A DNA stretch of 64,000 nucleotides, taken from positions 248,001 through 312,000 of IMG/VR virus record IMGVR_UViG_3300036766_002289; one strand, given 5' to 3'. The notes under the pieces were generated by a model. The model was not told the origin of the DNA, did no database searches, and was given only the letters and a program-made list of their open reading frames with translations. Positions 58,849 through 64,000 of the stretch are shown one piece after another (position 1 is the stretch's first letter; every line of letters starts with the position of its first letter). The position numbers and the translations under genes were made by a program.

Positions 58849-58986
58849 GCCCCTGTAGTGTAAACGGTAGCATACCTAATCACGGTTCTAAGGTAACGGG
58901 AATTCACGTTATGCTTATCATCTGGGAAGTACAACTAGATGCTGCGTGGTTGGTGGAGCAGAAAATCGAAAACTGCCAGGGGCACC
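58849..58986 (+). ncRNA. tRNA-like RNA with anticodon loop replaced by a two-hairpin domain
   Basis: Acceptor GCCCCTG/CAGGGGC + ACC; D arm GTGT-AAACGGTA-GCAT; extended stem 58875-84/58945-53; T-like arm GCAG/CTGC; starts at motif+10. Confidence 0.7.
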
Positions 58987-59098
58987 CTAATCTAATTGAA
59001 ATTTATGACAGAAATAACCTTATACTCGGTCTGATAGTTGGGCGGTAAGCTGAAAAATGCTTATCGCCTCCCATAAAAAGAAACAATGATTTATATTG

Positions 59099-59128
59099 AA
59101 CCGCTATACAGCGTTGTATAGCGGTTTT
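59099..59128 (+). terminator. hairpin/terminator
   Basis: AACCGCTATACA/TGTATAGCGGTT followed by TT. Confidence 0.65.
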
Positions 59129-59510
59129 ATCTATATCTTAGTTGTACAAGGATTGTTATGATTGAAATACTTGACCTTAGCTGTGTGCCAGTTGATGAAA
59201 AGTGCGAGCAGTTGGGAGTCAATTATGACCCCACCAAGGCAATCAAGGAATGCCGTGCCTTCATCCGCCAATTGCGTCGGCAATTCGGTGAGGAACCATT
59301 CGGGGCGCAGTTGAAGATTACGTCCAATCCACATGACTTCGGCACCTATCATGAGGTGGCCGTCAAGTTCCATGACCAATTTGAGGAAGCAGTTGAATAC
59401 GCTTTCAAGTTGGAATCGGAATTGCCCGAAAAGTGGGACGATGGTGCGCTGCGAGAGTTGGGCCTATTTGACCGATTAGTTTCCTAAACCTTAGTTGTAC
59501 CAAAATCCCC

Positions 59511-60608
59511 ATGAACGTACAAGACTATCTTCGCTCTGGCAAGACTCTGGAAAACTTGACTTCCGAGCTTGCTATCAGCGTAACCAAGCATGACTCTCTG
59601 CCGCTGGTCATTCTCAATTATGACCAGATTGATTCGCCTAAGACCAATCCCATCGTGCGGGAATGTCGCGGTCTGGTTCTCCAGTCTGAGAACTATTCGC
59701 TGGTGGCCCGTGCTTTCGGTCGCTTCTTCAATTGGGGCGAAGTGGCTGACGAAATGCCCTTGTTCGACTGGAACACTTGCATTGCCGACGAAAAGGCCGA
59801 TGGTTCCCTTGTCCTCATCTATAACTTTGAAGGCCAGTGGCTTGCCAATACCCGTGGCTCTTTCGCTGGTTGGCCTATCTTCAATGATGAATACAAGGCA
59901 AAGTATTTCGGCGTTGACCCGTCAATGCGCTGGTCCGATGCCTTCCTAAAGGCGCTGAACGTCAACAGCCTTGATGAGTTAAACCTTGACCCGTCCATTA
60001 CTTACGTCTGTGAGTTCTGTTCGCTGTGGAACAAGGTTGTACGGGAGTATCCTACTCCGTGCATGTATCTGTTGACGCGGTTTGCTGGTGAGCAAGAGAT
60101 TGGCCCTTTGACTCATCCCGCATTCCGAACGTTGCAGCGATTTCCCTTGACGAATGTTCAGGAAGTGCAGAACTTTTGCACGGATCATCCCGAAGCAACC
60201 TTTGAGGGGGTGGTTGTGAAGGACTCCAGCTATCGCCGCTGGAAGCTGAAGAATCCGCGATACGTGTCTCTGCACCACATGAAGGGCAATGGGGATGGCA
60301 TGTGGCGTCCTAAGTATATGCTGCCCTATATCCTCAAGAATGAAGGCGATGAACTGTTGACCTACTTCCCCGAAATCACCGAACTCTATAATGAGTATAG
60401 GGATAAGGTGAATGCAGAGTATGTCATGCTGGAGGCGCTCTGGCTGAAGAACAAGGACATTGTGAACCAAAAGGAATTCGCTTTGTCCATTGTGGGGAAG
60501 ACTCCGTTCACTGGTGTTTTGTTCAATCTCCGTAGGGATGGTGGGGATTTGAAGCGGTCGTGGTTGAACCATGAGGATGGAATCTTAAAGGTGCTGTTCA
60601 AAGCTTAG
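59511..60608 (+). CDS. T4 Rnl1-like RNA ligase
   Basis: RECRGLVL, FFNWGE, EKADGSL (motif I Lys), TRGS, EGVVV, KLKN; ATG at motif+10. Confidence 0.9.
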   Translation: MNVQDYLRSGKTLENLTSELAISVTKHDSLPLVILNYDQIDSPKTNPIVRECRGLVLQSENYSLVARAFGRFFNWGEVADEMPLFDWNTCIADEKADGSLVLIYNFEGQWLANTRGSFAGWPIFNDEYKAKYFGVDPSMRWSDAFLKALNVNSLDELNLDPSITYVCEFCSLWNKVVREYPTPCMYLLTRFAGEQEIGPLTHPAFRTLQRFPLTNVQEVQNFCTDHPEATFEGVVVKDSSYRRWKLKNPRYVSLHHMKGNGDGMWRPKYMLPYILKNEGDELLTYFPEITELYNEYRDKVNAEYVMLEALWLKNKDIVNQKEFALSIVGKTPFTGVLFNLRRDGGDLKRSWLNHEDGILKVLFKA

Positions 60609-60615
60609 TTGTACC

Positions 60616-60744
60616 AATTTGGTCTGATGACTCCCACTGATTACCTATGGGGCAGTGCGGTGGAGTTAGGGTGAGCAAGCCCTAGCGAAAAAGGTATAAA
60701 GAGCAACCGTCATTCCGTGGATTTGCTGCACGGATTCTTTTTTC
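60616..60744 (+). ncRNA. candidate small structured RNA with its own terminator
   Basis: Lies between two motif copies with only a 15-codon ORF; stems GACTCC/GGAGTT, CACTG/CAGTG, TAGGG/CCCTA; terminator TCCGTG/CACGGA + T-tract. Confidence 0.55.
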
Positions 60745-61407
60745 CTTAGTTGTACCGAGTTCATCATGGCTGAACTTTTGGTTTGCATCGACAAAGACTT
60801 GATTGAAATTAACGTCACGCATGAACGTGATGGTGGTTTCCCTAATCCAGGGTGGGAATCAGCGGGATGGTTCCCTTCTATTCATGACGCTTTGACCGAA
60901 GGCAAGCTGTGGCTGGACATGGGCAAGGACATGGGCCTCAAACGTGGGGCTAGAAGTCGTCCTCGTTACTGGTTGCAAGCGGCCTAAACCTTAGTTGTAC
61001 CAATTCAATCATGAAACAATTCTACATTGAAGTGATGATGCCGCCCTTCCCGATCAAAGGGAAGAAGTTCAAAGTCTGGTCAACCTATCCTGGCGATGCG
61101 TTGTCGCCTGATTTGACCATGTTGTTCAGCGTATGGGCGTTGGACAAGGAAGATGCAATTTCCAAGACGCTTTCGGGTGAAGCACATACGTTGCTTTCCC
61201 CCAATGCGAAGAAGCTTCAACTAGCATAAGGGGATACGATGATGGGTTGGCAGCGAAAACAAGATGAAAAGCGGAAGCTGAACGGTCAGAAGGACTGGAC
61301 ACGCGAACAGAAGGAGCAAATGAGGTTGTTTCTGAAGCAGTATCCACAAGGAGGGGAGCATGACCGAGAACGGCGAAAAGCTGGATGACCTTTGGATTGA
61401 TTTGGGC

Positions 61408-61439
61408 GGGGAAGGCTAAAAGGGGCCTTCCCCTTTTTT
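61408..61439 (+). terminator. intrinsic terminator
   Basis: GGGGAAGGC/GCCTTCCCC followed by T7. Confidence 0.85.
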
Positions 61440-62089
61440 GTTCCTATAATTAGCTTAGTTGTACTAATTAGGCTGTGATTCCTAAAACAGGAGCAGAACA
61501 TGAACGAACGACATGCGGGAATTCCGTGGATACCTGAAGCAATGCACGGATAAGCAGGTGCAAGGCGTCTACGATAAGGAAAACGAAGCTGACCGCGACA
61601 ATTACGCAGAATTGGCGATTGCGGAAGCAGAACGTCGTGGCATTATGCTGGACCTTAAACCTTAGTTGTACCAATTAGGCTGTGATTTAACCCTTGCGGA
61701 GGATCGTCATGGGTAACATCGAAGCCTTGGAAATGGTCGCCGTTCTTGCCAATTCGGCCCGCGAACAACTCTTGAAGGGCGAAAAGCCCTGCATCAGCAA
61801 TCTCAACCGTATCATCCACCTTGCCGTGACCGTCGAACGGGAATTCGATGAACAATGGCAAGCGGAAGGAGAGAAGAATGAGAATTGCAGTTGATTACGT
61901 AGACGGGGACTATAGGGAATATAATAGCCTCGAAGCTGCCGTCGAATTCATCATGGACCATGAGGCCGAAGTAGAACGCATCTATGAGGTTGACGTGGGC
62001 CAAGCTAAAATCAAAGAATACGGGTGCGAATGGAGTTTGAAGCTGGTAGAATTATAGCTTAGTTGTACCAATTAGGTTGTAATTAACCC

Positions 62090-62181
62090 CAAACAGGAGC
62101 AAGGTCATGCGTTATTGGATTCGTCACGAAGACCTCAAACAGGAGCAAGGTCATGCGTTATTGGATTCGTCACGAAGACCT
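62090..62181 (+). repeat. perfect 46-bp tandem duplication of RBS plus first codons
   Basis: 62090-62135 is identical to 62136-62181; CAAA microhomology at the junctions. Confidence 0.9.
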
Positions 62182-62398
62182 CAAAACGGCAAATTATTGT
62201 GACAACTATGATTGCCCGCTTGCACGGGCCGTCAAGCGGAAACATCCCCTCGTCCATGTCCAAGTCAATTCCCGCTATGTTTTCATGAACGGCAAGGCTT
62301 ACCACATTGCCACGCCGTCCGCTGACAAGCTGCTGTCATGGTCATGCAAAGAAATCATTCTCGACAAGGGCTTCCATGTCCGTCTCAGTGCGGCCTAG
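62153..62398 (+). CDS. hypothetical protein ending -SAA (paralog of 62919-63215)
   Basis: Shares MRxWIRxxDLxTANY...DCxLARAxKRK...KGFHVRL. Confidence 0.75.
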   Translation: MRYWIRHEDLKTANYCDNYDCPLARAVKRKHPLVHVQVNSRYVFMNGKAYHIATPSADKLLSWSCKEIILDKGFHVRLSAA

Positions 62399-62918
62399 TT
62401 TCAGGGTTCGCCCAACCCTGGCTTTACCTTAGTTGTACCAATTAGGTTGTGATTTCTTACCCTTTACCTGGAGTCTTGACAATGGGCAATGCTTTCCGTC
62501 TGGCCAAGCTGCTGGTGATCGAGAATCCCAATCGTTCCGCCAAGTCCATCCGAGAGGAAATCGAGAAGATGACGGGCATCAACCTCGATGGCCGCGTGAT
62601 CGGCGGCGAGAAGCGCATCCTCATCTATCGCAAGGGCAAAGCGGCCTAAGCCAAGGGGTCGCCCACCCTGGCTTAACCTTAATGGAGAAATCCCATGAAT
62701 GAAGAACTCAAAATCAAGCTCCACGAAATGCTCGAATCGTATTCAAGTCAACTTGATACGATTTGGTATAACTCTGATTCGGGTTCGCACATGGATTGGT
62801 GCCGTAGGCAACAAGCTGAGATTGCCGAACTCATTGCCGAACTCGAAGCTGTTGACGCGATTTGCTGGTAGGCATAACTTAGTTGTACCAATTAGGTTGC
62901 CCAAAACAGGAGAATACA

Positions 62919-63215
62919 ATGCGTTTTTGGATTCGTCTGGCTGACCTCCGAACGGCGAACTACAGTAGCAATACGGACTGCTTTTTGGCCCGCGCCATCA
63001 AGCGTAAAATCCCAAAGGCTAAGGTTCTGGTCCATCCCGATTTTGTCGAGGTGGGTAAAACTCACTACGCGATTGTCGGCAATGGAGTGGACCGACTCAA
63101 AGAGGACCATGACACCAAGGAAAAAGGCTTCCACGTCCGACTCCGTAAAGTGAGTGGCTGGCTAGAGTGTAACCAAGCGAAAGCCGCAATTGACCACATC
63201 AGGACGTTCAATTAG
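62919..63215 (+). CDS. hypothetical protein (paralog of 62153-62398)
   Basis: AGGAG RBS; shared motifs as above. Confidence 0.75.
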   Translation: MRFWIRLADLRTANYSSNTDCFLARAIKRKIPKAKVLVHPDFVEVGKTHYAIVGNGVDRLKEDHDTKEKGFHVRLRKVSGWLECNQAKAAIDHIRTFN

Positions 63216-63264
63216 CTTAGTTGTACCAATTAGGTTGTGATTCAACCCAAACAGGAGAACGGCC

Positions 63265-63393
63265 ATGTTTGAAGTCATTCGCAACGGCAAGGTTCTGTTC
63301 CGCAATGCTTCCTATCAGCGTTGTCTCCAATTCAAGGCCCGCCACAAGCTCAATGCCATCATTCGGCCCATGCCCCAAATGCTCGCGGCCTAA
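63265..63393 (+). CDS. 42-aa basic protein ending -LAA (absent from the ORF track)
   Basis: AGGAG RBS; MFEVIRNGKVLFRNASYQRCLQFKARHKLNAIIRPMPQMLAA. Confidence 0.7.
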   Translation: MFEVIRNGKVLFRNASYQRCLQFKARHKLNAIIRPMPQMLAA

Positions 63394-63671
63394 GCCAAGG
63401 GGTCGCCCACCCCTGGTTCTATACCCTAGTTGTACCGAGGTTCACATGCTTATTCCCCGCGCCGTAGTGTTTGATTCAAAAGGCAAAGCTCTTTGTGCTG
63501 GCAATCCCTGCAATGGTTACTCTCATCGCACCGACTGCCGCCATACGACCATGCACCTACCATCGGAACATTTCGATTTTATCGACGTGAACGTGGAAGG
63601 CAAGACTGAGGCCGAAATCATGTATGAAATCACGGCGGAATACCACATCTAAGGGCCATTCAGGTCTGAGT

Positions 63672-63810
63672 TGAGAGTGGCTTAAAATAGGAGCAAACCT
63701 ATCCGTGGCCGCATTAACTTCGGTTAGTGCCCGCCCAAGAAAGTAACGGGAGCCAACGGGAAACACCCTCCAAAAGTGGATTACCAATGACTCATCAATA
63801 ACCGCTCTTA
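63672..63810 (+). ncRNA. candidate multi-hairpin structured RNA
   Basis: Closing stem TGAGAGTGG/CCGCTCTTA; ATAGG/CCTAT; GCATTAAC-TTCG-GTTAGTGC; GGG/CCC; TCCA/TGGA. Confidence 0.6.
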
Positions 63811-64000
63811 CCTTAGTTGTACCAATTAGGTTGTGATTCCACCCCAACAGGAGCAAAGTCATGCTGGTTCTCGACAATCCCAAAGACATTGCCGCCTTCC
63901 GTAAGTTGGCACTACGTAGTGCTTTAGGGCTGGAAATGAAGGGCTTCAAACGGCATGGACCGTCTTGCTTCTCCATCATCAAGGCCGAATTCGGGCTGAA

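Larger units (their letters stand above)
8697..63823 (+). promoter_or_regulatory. dispersed 12-bp motif CYTAGTTGTACH, 65 forward and 2 inverted copies; probable phage-specific promoter
   Basis: Core starts at 8700,10599,11155,13119,15655,18144,21445,22106,28800,29771,30829,32940,34962,35809,36646,37904,38955,40118,40800,41828,42763,44302,44641,46004,46557,47066,47714,49095,49576,49776,50105,50611,51459,51820,52066,52310,52903,53087,53583,53946,54461,55144,55564,55949,56526,56766,57081,57522,57721,58065,58448,58828,59137,59490,60604,60745,60990,61454,61661,62058,62428,62878,63216,63425,63812. Inverted copies at 45936-45947 and 58928-58939. Confidence 0.85.

Noticed and set aside
58849-58986. 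tmRNA
   Set aside because: It has a D stem, lacks the G3-U70 alanine identity pair, and is far too short for a tag frame with pseudoknots.
448-60601. Many minus-strand ORFs overlapping + genes (e.g. 17976-18614, 50470-50928, 59979-60572)
   Set aside because: They are antisense shadows of well-supported + strand genes, with no RBS or motifs.
41833-63652. ORF-track starts reading MYQ... on + and MVQL... on -
   Set aside because: These are artefacts of the TTG and reverse-strand codons inside the motif; true starts lie downstream at +10 or after an RBS.
8697-63823. Motif array as a CRISPR array
   Set aside because: The repeat is only 12-15 bp, spacing ranges from about 140 bp to over 6 kb and contains whole genes, and no cas genes are present.
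8697-63823. Motif as integron attC sites
   Set aside because: GTTGTAC does not fit GTTRRRY, there is no inverse core or long imperfect palindrome, and no integrase is in the window. The fixed 9-nt spacing fits a start-site element better.
8697-63823. Motif as a sigma54 or ordinary sigma70 promoter
   Set aside because: TAGC-to-TTGT spacing is 8 rather than the 11 of TGGC-TTGC. The TANNNT-like hexamer lies about 19-24 nt from the inferred start, and no -35 element is conserved.
1-64000. Genome-wide stop-codon reassignment
   Set aside because: Long genes are intact under code 11, and TAG, TGA and TAA all end coupled genes.

Overview
This window looks like the accessory/early region of a large lytic dsDNA phage (genetic code 11). 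It has about 150 short, tightly coupled + strand ORFs and a few minus-strand late-type genes, and no capsid, terminase or replicative polymerase. Recognisable products are: a PcfJ-domain protein, a GT2 glycosyltransferase, three methyltransferases, a bL12 C-terminal-domain fusion, three HExxH metallopeptidases, DUF932, DUF6011, five HNH-type and one LAGLIDADG endonuclease, a solo TnpB, an RNA-repair set (Rnl1-like ligase, P-loop kinase, nucleotidyltransferase, cyclic-phosphate receiver domain) and tRNA-Leu(UAA). The dominant unexplained signal is a 12-bp motif, CYTAGTTGTACH (usually preceded by TAG/TAC/TAA/AAC). I counted 65 copies on the + strand and 2 inverted copies by eye, with density rising to about one per 350 bp at the right end. 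In 23 copies an ATG starts exactly 10 nt after the motif, and two tRNA-like RNAs start at the same offset. This suggests a phage-specific promoter (or processing site) that produces leaderless transcripts. One of those tRNA-like RNAs has its anticodon loop replaced by a two-hairpin domain that displays the reverse complement of the motif, so it is a candidate guide or decoy RNA for this regulon. Other signals: ten proteins in the motif-dense region end in Ala-Ala (candidate ClpXP degrons), often followed by a hairpin with a conserved UCGCCC loop; several ORF-free structured RNAs; a candidate selenoprotein; a TnpB whose empty site can be reconstructed; and a candidate origin near 45.3-46.0 kb. 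All calls come from reading the sequence; no searches were run.
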